64,000 nucleotides of DNA, from contig JABANN010000017.1 of the NCBI GenBank assembly GCA_013115125.1, positions 1 to 64,000 on the forward strand. Reading direction: 5' to 3'. The notes under the pieces were generated by a model. The model worked only from the letters and a program-made list of their open reading frames with translations. It made no database searches and had not been told where the DNA came from. A program made the position numbers and the translations under genes. The stretch is from Perkinsus olseni. Taxonomy: Eukaryota. Positions within the stretch are counted from its first letter, which is position 1. Each line of letters begins with the position of its first letter. Positions 1 to 13,296 of the stretch are shown piece by piece.

Positions 1-70
<70 letters not shown>

Positions 71-71
71 G
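1..71. repeat. (TGT)n microsatellite, truncated by the window start, ending 16 nt before the MmpL ATG
   Basis: Perfect tgt repeats from position 1 to 71. Confidence 0.97.
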
Positions 72-87
72 CTTCTGCAACTGTCAA

Positions 88-2643
88 ATGAGTGGAATCT
101 GCGGGAATCCCATCAAGCAGCACGCGGTGTTTGTCGGGAAGTATCTTGAAATTCTCCACCTATTAAGATACTTTCTCATACCCTTCTGGCTCACCCTATT
201 CGGTCTGGGTGTTGTGGGCGTCATCCACATGTTTGACTACATGACCAGCGCCCTCGATGCCCCGGCGGGGTCGCCAGCGTACAAAGCCACACAAAGGACT
301 TTCGACCTCTTCCCGCAGCATCAGTTTGGTTCACCAGAGGTTCTCCTTGTATCGCTCGACCAAGGGCATCCAGGGGACCTCTTCGACGATGGTCTGTTGG
401 ACAATCTCACAGAGACGGTGCGCACCTCCTTCCCCACCGGTACGAAGGTTGAGATAAAAGACTTCTTAGAGGCTCAACAGTCAGGCGAGCCAACGAGTCT
501 GTATCTTTCCCCTTATAATAGGACAACGCTCTTTACCGTCGCCTTCGGGGCTGGTCTGACTAAGGTTGGCGGCCTTGAAAGGGCCACCGCTAATGCCGTG
601 ACTGCGAAGTACGGCGATCGTGGTTTGTTTGTGGGTTGGGCGGGCATACTGGCTTTGGGCGACGAGTCTTCAAAGGTGACTGAGCGAGAGTTGGGTATAA
701 CACACGCGGTCGTACTGCCTCTCGCCTTCCTTCTGTTGGCTTTCTCTCTGCGGTCGTGGCGTCTCCTTCTGTTACCATTGACATGCTTACTTTTTTCAAT
801 AGCGATTTGTGGATCCTGTCTTTATATCCTATCGTTGTTCATGCCTGTGAACACCGGGGCACCGGTGATGATGTTCTTTCTGCTCATGGCCCTGTGTATC
901 GACTACTCATTGATACTCTTAACAAGGTTCAGAGAGGAGATCGTCGGAGTGCATCACAGGTCGCCCTATGAAGCCTGCAAGGAAATGCTGCAACACAGCG
1001 GCCATGTTGTCTTCAGCTCTGGAAGCATCCTGTTCGTGTGCTTTGTCTGGCTTATGATAATCCCCATTGGCCTCTTCAGGAGCATCGGCCTAGCCCTCAT
1101 GATCTCCGCTCTCTGCGCAGTATCAGTCAATCTCACGCTTGGCCCTACCTTGATGATCACCTTTCTGAAGTTCTTCGGCTCGTTCGGTAACAACAACTGC
1201 TGTTGCTGCTGGTCCTGGTGCTCCTGTCGTCATCGTCGTCGGTCTGAACCCAGTCCCTCTCCTGAAGGCACCCCGGCCGTCCGCCCTCCTCGCTCCGCTA
1301 GGTGCAGTCGTTGGTCCGGTCATCGCTTCTGGTACAGATGGGGTGGCTTCGTCACAACCCGTTGGGCTGCTGTCGCCTCTATCATTCTGCTATGCGTTAT
1401 AGTCGCGGTTTTCGGATGGGCTTGTTCTTTCCTCGCGATTACCTCCAATGTCTCCACGGCCAGTCCAAGAGACTCCTCTGTTGGCGAGACTGCAGCACGG
1501 ATGTCAGCAGCCTTGACGCCCGGCATGAGCGGCCCGTTCAACTTGGTCTTCGAAGCCACCGGTGGTGACGTCTTCTCAGAAGAATACTGGACGGCTGGGT
1601 TGAACCTGTGTAGGAAGATTGACCAAAAGTTGATGCAGCAGCACCCTAGGGGATCGCTACTTAGCTCGACGTATGTGAAAGTGCCCGGGCAAGCGGCGGT
1701 TGAGATCGACTTTAACCTCGCCAAATTCCTGACCTCCCCTCTATGTACTGATGCTCGCTGCAAGCAGTACCAAGACGGTCTGAAGAAGAGTATGAGCCCC
1801 GACGGTAATGCCCTCAAGGCCACCCTCATAGCTGACGATAGCCCAACCTCTCTGAAGGCCTCTGAGTTCACGCAGGACCTCCGCGACGTCATCACCACTG
1901 CAGTCCATGACAGCAGTGGCACACTATTGGTCTGGCTCACCGGTGTCTCTGTATCATCACATGATTCCATGGCGGCCGTCGTACGAAGCCTACCGGAGTT
2001 CGTAGCCGCCACCGCTGCGGTTTGCCTAGTCTTCGTAGGTGTGGTTTATAGATCGGTACTCATTGCCCTGAGGGGAGTCCTCACCATCGCCGTCACTCTC
2101 GTATTCTCCTTCGGCTTCGCTGCGGGAGTCTACATACGTGGTTGGCTTGACTTCCTCAACTGGGCGGCGGTATCTTCTGAATCGACGTCCGATGGTCTCT
2201 CCTGGATAGCTCTGCCCTTGGCCTTCTCTGTCGTCCTCGGACTGAGCCTTGACTATGACATCTTCCTTCTGGGCCGCATCGTCGAGGAGCACGATCGTGG
2301 TGTGGCCGACAGGGCCTCTGTCCGCATCGGAGTGTGGAAGGCCGGCAAAGTCGTTGTGTTAGCGGGCGCCGTCATGACCATCACGTTCTGTGGACTACTT
2401 TTTTCATCAACGCCCATGGTTAACCAGACTGGTTTCATACTGGTCACAGCTATCGTTCTGGATGCCTTCATCATGCAGGGTATAGTTACCCCCTCGCTTG
2501 TATCATTACTAGGCAAGGCCAACTGGTGGCCACGAGGTCATCCCCCTATCATTTACAACACCCCGGAAGAAGTCCCCGGCTACCATGACGACCTACTCCG
2601 CCCTCCCTCTTCGGAGAGGCTCAAGACGCCCCCATCGCTATAG
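88..2643 (+). CDS. MmpL/RND-superfamily membrane transporter, intronless, 851 aa
   Basis: Two-fold repeat of 1 TM + large loop + 5 TM. The MmpL motifs CIDYSLILLTRFREE and GLSLDYDIFLLGRIVEEHDRG contain the paired DY residues, and the C-terminus has LLGKANWWP. Confidence 0.9.
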   Translation: MSGICGNPIKQHAVFVGKYLEILHLLRYFLIPFWLTLFGLGVVGVIHMFDYMTSALDAPAGSPAYKATQRTFDLFPQHQFGSPEVLLVSLDQGHPGDLFDDGLLDNLTETVRTSFPTGTKVEIKDFLEAQQSGEPTSLYLSPYNRTTLFTVAFGAGLTKVGGLERATANAVTAKYGDRGLFVGWAGILALGDESSKVTERELGITHAVVLPLAFLLLAFSLRSWRLLLLPLTCLLFSIAICGSCLYILSLFMPVNTGAPVMMFFLLMALCIDYSLILLTRFREEIVGVHHRSPYEACKEMLQHSGHVVFSSGSILFVCFVWLMIIPIGLFRSIGLALMISALCAVSVNLTLGPTLMITFLKFFGSFGNNNCCCCWSWCSCRHRRRSEPSPSPEGTPAVRPPRSARCSRWSGHRFWYRWGGFVTTRWAAVASIILLCVIVAVFGWACSFLAITSNVSTASPRDSSVGETAARMSAALTPGMSGPFNLVFEATGGDVFSEEYWTAGLNLCRKIDQKLMQQHPRGSLLSSTYVKVPGQAAVEIDFNLAKFLTSPLCTDARCKQYQDGLKKSMSPDGNALKATLIADDSPTSLKASEFTQDLRDVITTAVHDSSGTLLVWLTGVSVSSHDSMAAVVRSLPEFVAATAAVCLVFVGVVYRSVLIALRGVLTIAVTLVFSFGFAAGVYIRGWLDFLNWAAVSSESTSDGLSWIALPLAFSVVLGLSLDYDIFLLGRIVEEHDRGVADRASVRIGVWKAGKVVVLAGAVMTITFCGLLFSSTPMVNQTGFILVTAIVLDAFIMQGIVTPSLVSLLGKANWWPRGHPPIIYNTPEEVPGYHDDLLRPPSSERLKTPPSL

Positions 2644-2908
2644 AGTACTTGTTGCTTTTATGCTTTACCGCCGCAGAATTGATTTTATGTCTTCGATCAG
2701 CATTTCACCCCCCCTTGTCTTCCATCGCCTTGCGTTCGTGACACTGGTTCGACTACGGAGTCACCCTCTCTTTCCTACTCTCCGTCCATTCTCAGTATTT
2801 CCCTGCTTGCCGGCGGCGAGGAACAGTTGTTGGGCGTGTCTGACATAATATCGCATTCCTAAAGAGCCGACTATTATCAAGTGACAAGAAGCGTTCCCTA
2901 TACTCGTT

Positions 2909-5564
2909 ATGTACCCTCAAGGGGATCCCCTTAGCCCCTCTCTTGTTGATGGTCCCCAAGTGGGACGCATCTACACCAACGGCGAGAGGAGCGACGCTGG
3001 TGGCTTGGACGAGAAGAGGGTTGTTAGCCCGAGTTCCTGGCGAGATGGCGTGGGCACTCTTGAGTTGAAGAATACGTTTATCTCTCTCCGCCTCCTGGAC
3101 CCGGTGAAGGGAGTCGTCGACGCTGATTCCGAGGAGGAAGGGAGCCCGCCGGACTTTACTGTGGATGATGATGATGACGATGCTGAATGTTTGCCTGAGT
3201 CGACCTGCCTGCTCCGGATGTCGTCCCGAGTACACAAGTCGCTGCAAGGCAAGGTGGCGTACCGACGGGAGCGGAGCTGCCCTGCGGCCATGAAGGCCGG
3301 GGTCTGTGAACTTGTCCAACACCAGGGCTCCACCGATCCTGAGTTTGATGGTGAGAAAGACCAGGCGCATGGTCGATATTAGCTGCTTGATACGGCAATT
3401 AAGAAGTCCCTCTCAGATCTCGAAGAGGGTCACAGAACGCTGGTCTGTGAAGGAGCGGTCGACGATGCAGCTGAGAGGAAACACGACTACCAACTTACTA
3501 AGCGAAGAAGATCACCAAGGAAAGGACGTGAGACGTTTGAGGAACCCACACCGTTGACCTAGCATCTACTGTCCCAATGGGAGCTGCTACGGATGTCTTT
3601 ACGGCGAACATCAACTTGAGTGAAATTGCCCCCACAGTCGAGCACTTGTTCAACTCCGCGATGTGCCCTTGTGAAACTGATCTCTCTAGTGAAGCAAATG
3701 GTAATTCGGGCCGAATTATTCGGCGAAATGTGGTACTCGAGTTCGCGGTTGGTATGGACACTCTGTCACTGCTAGCGCGTCCTCAACCTAACAAAGGTGC
3801 CCACCACTTTCTTGTTGCTCAGGGGGATCCTCCTTCAAGACCGACAATAGAAGCACAGCTCCAACGCTGATGTATACTCCGGGCCGGAGACAGGGCAACT
3901 TCAACCACGACTACAGCAACCGCCGTTCGTCCCGTGGCCTCGTCCTGGGCGCCGCCCGCCCGGCCAATGGGCTCTCCAGTAACTGCAACAAAATTTCCAA
4001 CGGCAACGAATCCTCAGCGGCCGGTATGTGCGTTGGAAGCTACTAGATTAGCTGCCGTGATAGCCCCATCCGTGCTCAGATACACGCTCCACCGTCATGC
4101 TCCGTAACATCCCATACTCCATGGGACAGTCGAGGGTTCTGGACGCCCTCTTCACACTGGGATTTCAGTAACGCCTCGGCTGCTTCGCTGGGGAGTCTGT
4201 CCTCTCCGGTTCAGGTCCAAGATCGACTTTTTCTATGCCCCTCTGGATTTTTCCTCGGGCAACAACCTCGGGTACGCCTTCGTCAATCTACGGAGGCCGG
4301 AGTATGTTGATGAGTTTTACAATAGACTCAACGGTAAGACGGCCAGGACTGTGGGTTGGTGATAACCACCAAGACCACCACTGCTGGAGATGATGATTGT
4401 GATGTCCCTCAGACGTGTGTCTGTCTCAACTGGGTGATGCGTGGAATGTCAAGAGGTTGCAGGTGTGTTGGGCACGCGTGCAAGGTGAGTCTGCCAAGGT
4501 GTGACTATCACGCCGGACCAGCAGCTCTATCGTAGGCTTCGAAGCGAATGTGGAACACTACCACAACTCCCCTGTCATTGACATGCCGGAGGGCTATCGC
4601 CCGATAGTCATCAACGATGACGGCAGCCGGGCCACGTTCCATCACCGTCATCACCAGCAAGACTATCCGAGCAACACGACGTACATTCATCGTGATCGGA
4701 GCTGCGATGAGACTTTGAAGGACACTTTCTCTCCCGTGACTCCAGAGACGAGCGCGGTAACCCCAGTCCGAGCTTGCGAAGCCTCCTGCAGCGGCGACCT
4801 GCAGCTGCAGCAGCAGCAGCAGCAGTATCTCACGTATCCCTGGCCCTCAACTAACATACGCATGAGCGCCACAGACAGACGACGGTATTACAGCCGAGCT
4901 GGCAGGTGAGTGGTTGTAGAAGTTGTGTCATGTGGCAGTCGCCAGCATGCCTTCGCTCCGTCGATTCACCTGTCACTCTCGTCTCATGTCCGATCAGACT
5001 GTGTTGTGATCGGTCTCCTCGGGCTTTCCTCCTTAGGAGACCAGACCCACTAGACGCTGTCGGCCCTGATGGGGGACTTCTGACCACCCCTGAGTTCATT
5101 CCGGCTTCAATGCGGAACGGCCGCGCACATCGCCATCACCACCACCACCGTAGGCCCACTCAAGGGAAGGACATACCACACTTCCCGCAGATCGAAATGG
5201 GAATCGTCGACGGGCCTACACGACTGACCTCAGTGCTGTTGGCTTCGAGTCAAGCGTGATGCATTTGCCTGGGGATCTCGGGTAGTGGTGGGAGTGCACG
5301 TTCCGAGCTGACGATCGACCTGTGCTCGTCAGGCCCCCTCCTTCCGAGATCACCATGTGCGTTGAGAATGAATCGACTACCCCAACTCAGAGTGGCGCAG
5401 TTGCCCCTACCATTCCTCGGCAACGTACACTCTCCTCCTCGTCAACTTCAGTGACTTTACTTAAGAAGTCTGTTGACTACCCTGACAGCACACGGGACGC
5501 TGAGGGCGGCGGCGGCAGCATCGGTCATGGCACCTTGGGAGCGGCCTTCTCTCCTGGGTCCTGA
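2909..5564 (+). CDS. Mei2-like RNA-binding protein (RRM_2/RRM3 type), multi-exon; termini uncertain
   Basis: Spliced exons at ~4080-4620 read STVMLRNIPYSMGQ..LGFQ / SKIDFFYAPLDFSSGNNLGYAFVNL / VCWARVQG / FEANVEHYHNSPVIDMPEGYRP, the Mei2 C-terminal RRM signature. Confidence 0.8.
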
Positions 5565-6034
5565 TGATCATGCCATCTATCCAGGCGGCCGCAAACATTG
5601 TCCTGGCTCAGCGCTGCTTCTCGGGAAGCTGTTGTTGTTACGTAGTTTATATTAACTCGAATAACCTTAGATAGATCAGTTATGAACATTTTTATCTTTG
5701 CTGCTGCTCTCGAGGGGACCTCTCCCATTAGGGAGGCCTAGTCACCACCTTGCCTTAACAAAGTGAACAGCAGAATCACTTGGTATTTTGCTGCTTGCCG
5801 TACTCCCCTTCGTGTATTACAACGATGATCATCGTGAATTACGTTGATCTGACTATCCGTTCATCTCATTTCTGTCATCTGCCTCATTAGTCTTTTCATG
5901 CTAGTAGTAGAGTCACAAGTTGTAAAGCAGGATCCGCTGAAGGCACAATTTTTTCTGGCAGCCGTCTGGGTTGGACTCTGTGGCCTGTTGAGTTGCGTAG
6001 TACAGAGGGGACTTAGCGGCCATCAGACTTAACG

Positions 6035-7204
6035 ATGGCTTCGTCTGCCTCATCGCATCAGAGCACAGAAGACGACGTAGCAGCCCTCGACGCCTGGGAG
6101 AGGGCTTTGAAGAGTGCTACGTCAGAGGCGCTAGCAACAACAGTAGTGAATGAATCAGCTGGTATCCACCGCTTTTTGTGGATAGTAGGTACATCGGAAT
6201 CAGGTCGAAGCCTTGCAGGGTGAGAATGTAAGTTGACGGCCGCAGCCTTTGGTGGTGTCTGCACGTTCTCTTCAGCTCAGTTTACGTCAGTACTTGGAGA
6301 CCGTTCAAAGGGAGGCGGATCAGCTGAGGGACTCAGGTGTGATCGCTTTGGCGCTGTGGTGGAATGCTCCTTCTAGTTACGGACTTGAAGGAAGAGATCG
6401 ATGCCATGCGGCAAGTGTTAGCCACCAAAGACAAGGTGGGCTGTCGAAGGAGACCACTGAGAAGTGGATAGGTTTTCCTCAGATTCACGTCGATCGGGTC
6501 GATAATTTGTTACAAGAAGTCTCGGCGCTTCGGGGCGATAACGAGCGGATGGCCCTCCTGTCCGCCGACGCTGAGACAGTGAAGGTGGAAAATGATCAGC
6601 TGAAGCGACGCAACACTGAACTCGAGCAAGAGATGAACAGATTGCGGAGTAATAGCAGCAGCAGCAGCTGCTGCTGCTGTGGATTGATGCCACATCGCCC
6701 GTCACAGGCTCCAACACGGCGCTCTCATCGCAATTGATGCAAGTCATGAGTGGAGATTCCGAAGGAAGTTTTGGTGGCCGGCCGATCCACGAAGAAGACG
6801 AAGAGGAGCTCTCGTTGGCTGAGGCCTCGGATGACCCGAAAGTACCACGGACGGCCGAGCACAGTTTTGGAGAATATTTTCAGGTTATTCTGGAAATTTT
6901 GAATCGTCAGCGTGCCAGAGCTCAAACTCGAGAAACTGAGCTTGTCGAGCAAATAGAGCGACTAACAGAGAGAATTGGCAAACTATCAACTGAGTCATCA
7001 TCGGCATTAGGAAGGGAGCTGCCCCCGCCGTCCACGGCAAGCCAGGTAACCTTCTCGATACCTTGGCCGAGGCAGCGAGGGTTTCGGTTTCAGGACGAGC
7101 GTGCTGCGGCTGCTACGAGTATCGGGTCCCAGCTGAAAAATCGTGTGCAAAATATAAGCGCGCAGTCGGGCATCGCCGACTTGGCTGGACGATTTTTTGG
7201 TTAA
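6035..7204 (+). CDS. Hypothetical coiled-coil protein, multi-exon
   Basis: Consecutive ORF pieces with heptad-like segments (VDNLLQEVSALRGDNER..ELEQEMNRLR; ETELVEQIERLTERI) separated by GT-AG introns. Confidence 0.6.
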
Positions 7205-7271
7205 CTGTGAGTGGCGTTGGGTTATTCAAGTGAGGACTTTCAACGCAACGCTTGATGAAGTACAACTACTA

Positions 7272-8251
7272 TCATAACATGTGCAGAACTGATCTGGCGA
7301 AGATGTGGTAGTCCACCGTCCCTGATGGCAAAGCCGATCATACTCGGGAAATAACAGAGATGATAACCTCACCGGTGGCCGTTGCATCGGCCTGTCGAAT
7401 CATCCCGTCCGCCTCTTCTTCGGTCAACGCGTCGCCCATCGACGTCATCACGTTGATGAGCTCAGCTGCGTCTATCTTCCCACAACCCTCTCTGTCGAAG
7501 ATCTTGAAGGCTTCAATAACCTCTTGCTCTGTTATGACACTCCTTCTCAATAAGGATACGAGCCTGATACCACAGACCCCTTACAGCTGCTTAATCGACG
7601 GGTGTCCACCTTATAAAGTCCTGGAAATTCAATAGCCCTTTGCCCGAGGGGTCAGCCTGATTGAGTGCCTAGGGAAGGATCGTAATCGACATGAAAATAG
7701 ATTTCGTTGATACATCAGTAAACTCGTCGTCACTGCTCGACCCACCCGCCCTGACGACAGAAATCAGCACAATTCTTGCAAGCTCGCCGCTCACCGGTTG
7801 AATGCAACCCGAGCCTCTATTGAAGTTATCACGCCGTCGCCAACGACATTGACGGTTTGGAATTCCCGGGCGAGTTCAGCGATATCCTGCGGGGACCGAC
7901 TCCAATGGGGCCACCAATCGTAACTTGAAGGAAATTTTTGCGGCCTTACTTTCTCACAAATGCCATGAGCTTCCTGAAGGGAGAAGTCGTAGCCGAGCTC
8001 GGAGACTGTCGGGAACTTGACCTGCTCACTCTGATACGATATTGGACGTTTTCCGTATCCCCTACCCCGAGACCCTCCAGCTCGATAATCGTTCTCTCGG
8101 CTTCTGTCAGCTCCTCTGTCTCTTCTGGTTGAGTGTCTTTGAGTGATTTATCTGCGTCTTCGCCCGCAGAGGTTCGATCCCCGGTCTCTTCCTGTTCAAC
8201 CATCGGGTCGACGGACTGTCGATTTTTCGCTTCGCCCGAGGCCTCAGACAT
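7272..8251 (-). CDS. Calmodulin-like EF-hand protein with an acidic N-terminal extension
   Basis: EQEVIEAFKIFDREGCGKIDAAELINVMTSMGDALTEEEADGMIRQAD..TVDYHIFARSVLHML*; stop codon at 7272-7274. Confidence 0.85.
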
Positions 8252-9064
8252 TACGATGGCAACGCTTCCTCCGAGTAATCCTCATTTTGAACTCAACGCC
8301 GAGGGGAATTCAGTATAATGGTTGATGGTGCTGCTGTTATTATTATTATTACCAACTATTCTGCAAGAATGATGAGAGGCTAGTAGGCGTCGATGATAAT
8401 AATGATGATGACAAGTGCTTCCTCCGACCACTGCTTCACGAAGATGATCGAAACAACGACGATCCGCAACCAAGAACATCATCATCACAATCACCGAAGT
8501 AGTAGTAGCTGATCTTACCGTGACCATGGATCGAGTGCAAAATCTTTTATACAAGTAGAAAACAGGAGAAGAGAGACAATGCACGTCCAGCGTCTCGCAG
8601 CACGCTAAGAGCCTGGACTTCGTCACGCGCCACAAAATTACCAACACCGTCGACAAACGCTTGCAAGGTAACTTATGCCTCCACAACGATTCTCCGCTCA
8701 CTACGAAGCCGGTATAATTATGATGGTGATAATACAACGACGGCAGCCACAAAAGCGCGCGCCCAAACGATCGATTACATGATCAGTGGATGAGACCAGC
8801 ACAGCCCGACGACGAGGATTATGACGACGACATGATAATAAAAGGTACAGATGACTGCTAGAGAGTAAGGAAGAGCAAGATTGTCGGAGGGCGGCGGCTC
8901 ACCAGAATAGTCTACGAGTTAATGATGATGATGATGATGGTCATGCTGCGATAATTGTCTACTGGACATCACATGGCTCGACCGCCCATTACAGCATAAT
9001 CATCGCCATCGTGGACTCGACACCATTGCAAGAGTCCTCCGACACACGCCTCGACGACTTGCCC

Positions 9065-11324
<2,260 letters not shown>

Positions 11325-11708
11325 TTTTACTACAACCACTGCTGCGAAAGGAAAAGAACAACAACCAAACCGGCGGTAATTACAGTCAAGGATGGACGGT
11401 GCATCATTGAAAGTTCATGTCTAACGTCGTCAGCCCTGTCCTCCTAGCTCGCGCTATGCGTGTGTATCTTAGGCCCCAGCATGAATAACTTCTGGTGAGT
11501 TCAAACATTAGTCTCCAGCTTGACCTATTTTGCATCTTACCAGAACCAACCTAAGATATTTCCGATACTTCCCCATCACGTGAAACGCAACTCATTATAA
11601 TATGCAGCCTGGTCATCATCATACAGCCTCAGTCGTCGTCATCCACAGTGGTGCTAATACGATCAACAACAAGTGAATGGTGGGAGCATCAGCATCATCA
11701 TACACCGA

Positions 11709-12274
11709 TTAGTGCTGCTTGCGGATCTTGTTGATGGAGGCACGCATAGCCTGACCGATGCGCTTCTTGGCAACCATAACCTTGAAACGCTCGAAGTCGG
11801 TAAGACTGAAAAAAGAAAGAGAACAATGCTGCTCCGGTTGGCGCGTGCATTTATGAAATGCCAGCGCGACCTAAAGATACTTACGCGAGCTTGTTCTTGC
11901 GGGCGACACGCCTGCGAGCGAATCTAGTGGCGTTGAACTTGGCAAGGACATCACCCTCCTTAAGACCCTTGGCTACGGTGGGGCCGTGAGCACCACGGAA
12001 AGTGTTGGGGACGACGAAATCGGAGAGAGCCAACCAGCGGAGAGGGATCTGCTGGCGACCGACACCTGATACCACACCATTCCCAATTCACATTCAGCAA
12101 TCACCATCCATCCTGAGTTCCCCTGCTATTATTACCGGTGACGTTCTTAGGTCCGTCAACGACGACCCTTCGGTGGTCGATGACGTCCACGATGGTGCAT
12201 TGCTTGCCCTCATCGGGACCGTAGGTGACGGTGCAGAAGCGGCCAGGCTCCACGAAACGGTTGTAAGACGGCAT
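11709..12274 (-). CDS. RPL14: 60S ribosomal protein L14 (eL14)
   Basis: [42 protein letters not shown] / [14 protein letters not shown] / [16 protein letters not shown]. Confidence 0.95.
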
Positions 12275-12515
12275 CGCTGCAGTTGATGACTTCTCCGTAA
12301 AGGAAGACCAAGACAGGGGGAAAAGCTATAGCGAAATCGATCACGCGCAAAAGGAAAGACTTTTGTCCATCTTGCAATCTTGCAATTTCCTAACGCTCTT
12401 GACACGTTCAAGGTATCTTACGGTTGCTGTGAATATGCTTCCCACCCGACTTGGCAATGGGTTCGAAATAATAGCCACGCAGCAGGTAGCATTCTACGGT
12501 CAGAGATTGTCAACT

Positions 12516-13066
12516 ATGCCCACTTTCTCGGGGGTTGAGGCTGTGGACTTGGTGTTGGCTGATGATGAGGACGACAATCTCGACGTGGCTGAGATGAGCC
12601 TAACTTGTCATGGTTTTGACGAGGATCGGATCAGTCGAGTGAACTGCGGAGAAGATGCCATCGATAACGTCGTAGCAGTCCTACCATAAATCGACCTACT
12701 CGCGATTCTGTTCTCTCAGTTGGAGCTGCAGGAGAGTGACGATGTAGACGACCCGGTAATCGTCCTCCTAGATCTCAACATGCCCCCAAAGATGGGCGGC
12801 GCTGAGGCTGCCGAGAGGATCCGAACGATGATGGGCAACGAGGAACTAGCTCGGTATTCCCATGCAGAAGGTCGTGGGTTCGAATCCCGCTTGCTCCCCT
12901 CAGGAACGTCATGTTGGTCTGCTGTTCCGCCGGCCGAGTGGAGGACCTCAAATCCCAAAGCTGGGCCCACAACTTCGATCATTTCTGCACCAAGCCCTTC
13001 ACGCCCCAAACCGCCGAAGAGCTCGCTACAGCCATCGAGCAATGGTGCGAGGAACAAGATGAGTAA
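12516..13066 (+). CDS. Stand-alone response-regulator receiver (CheY-like) protein, 3 exons
   Basis: Spliced product: VLADDEDDNLDVAEMSL..NCGEDAI / VIVLLDLNMPPKMGGAEAAERIR / NVMLVCCSAG..FDHFCTKPF..EEQDE*. It retains the acidic pair, the phospho-acceptor Asp (DxxMP), the Ser switch residue and the KPF motif. Confidence 0.85.
12854..12903 (+). pseudogene. 50-nt intron made almost entirely of a tRNA 3' half
   Basis: gta-ttCCCat-gcaga-aggtc-gtggg-TTCGAAT-cccgc-ttgctcc-cctcag: anticodon loop, stem, variable loop, T-arm and acceptor strand in correct spacing. Removing it restores the receiver-domain frame. Confidence 0.75.
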
Positions 13067-13296
13067 CGATGGTGTTGTTCATCATTTGCATGCCTTCTAT
13101 ACCATAACTCCGTGAAATCACGTCATCAACCCTCTCTTGCGTTTATCATACCCAAGCCTTCCTGGCTCAATAACGATTCTAGTGGACGCATGTTACTGGC
13201 TTGTTCGAGGAGGGTCCGCGGCCACTACGGAACGCAACTGCTCTCGGTCATTGAAATAATTAATCATTTAAAGATTATTAAATACCAATAACATCA

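Noticed and set aside
1320-2012. 230-aa minus-strand ORF and many other six-frame ORFs
   Set aside because: These are antisense shadows or intron read-through frames of the real spliced genes, with no independent motifs.
8170-8184. Exact B-box GGTTCGATCCC
   Set aside because: It lies antisense within coding sequence (ETGDRTSA) with no variable loop or acceptor context; about one chance hit is expected in the window.
12854-12903. Functional tRNA genes at the T-loop motifs
   Set aside because: None of the copies has a complete cloverleaf: the 5' acceptor strand and D-arm are missing and the stems are mismatched. They are reported as fragments only.
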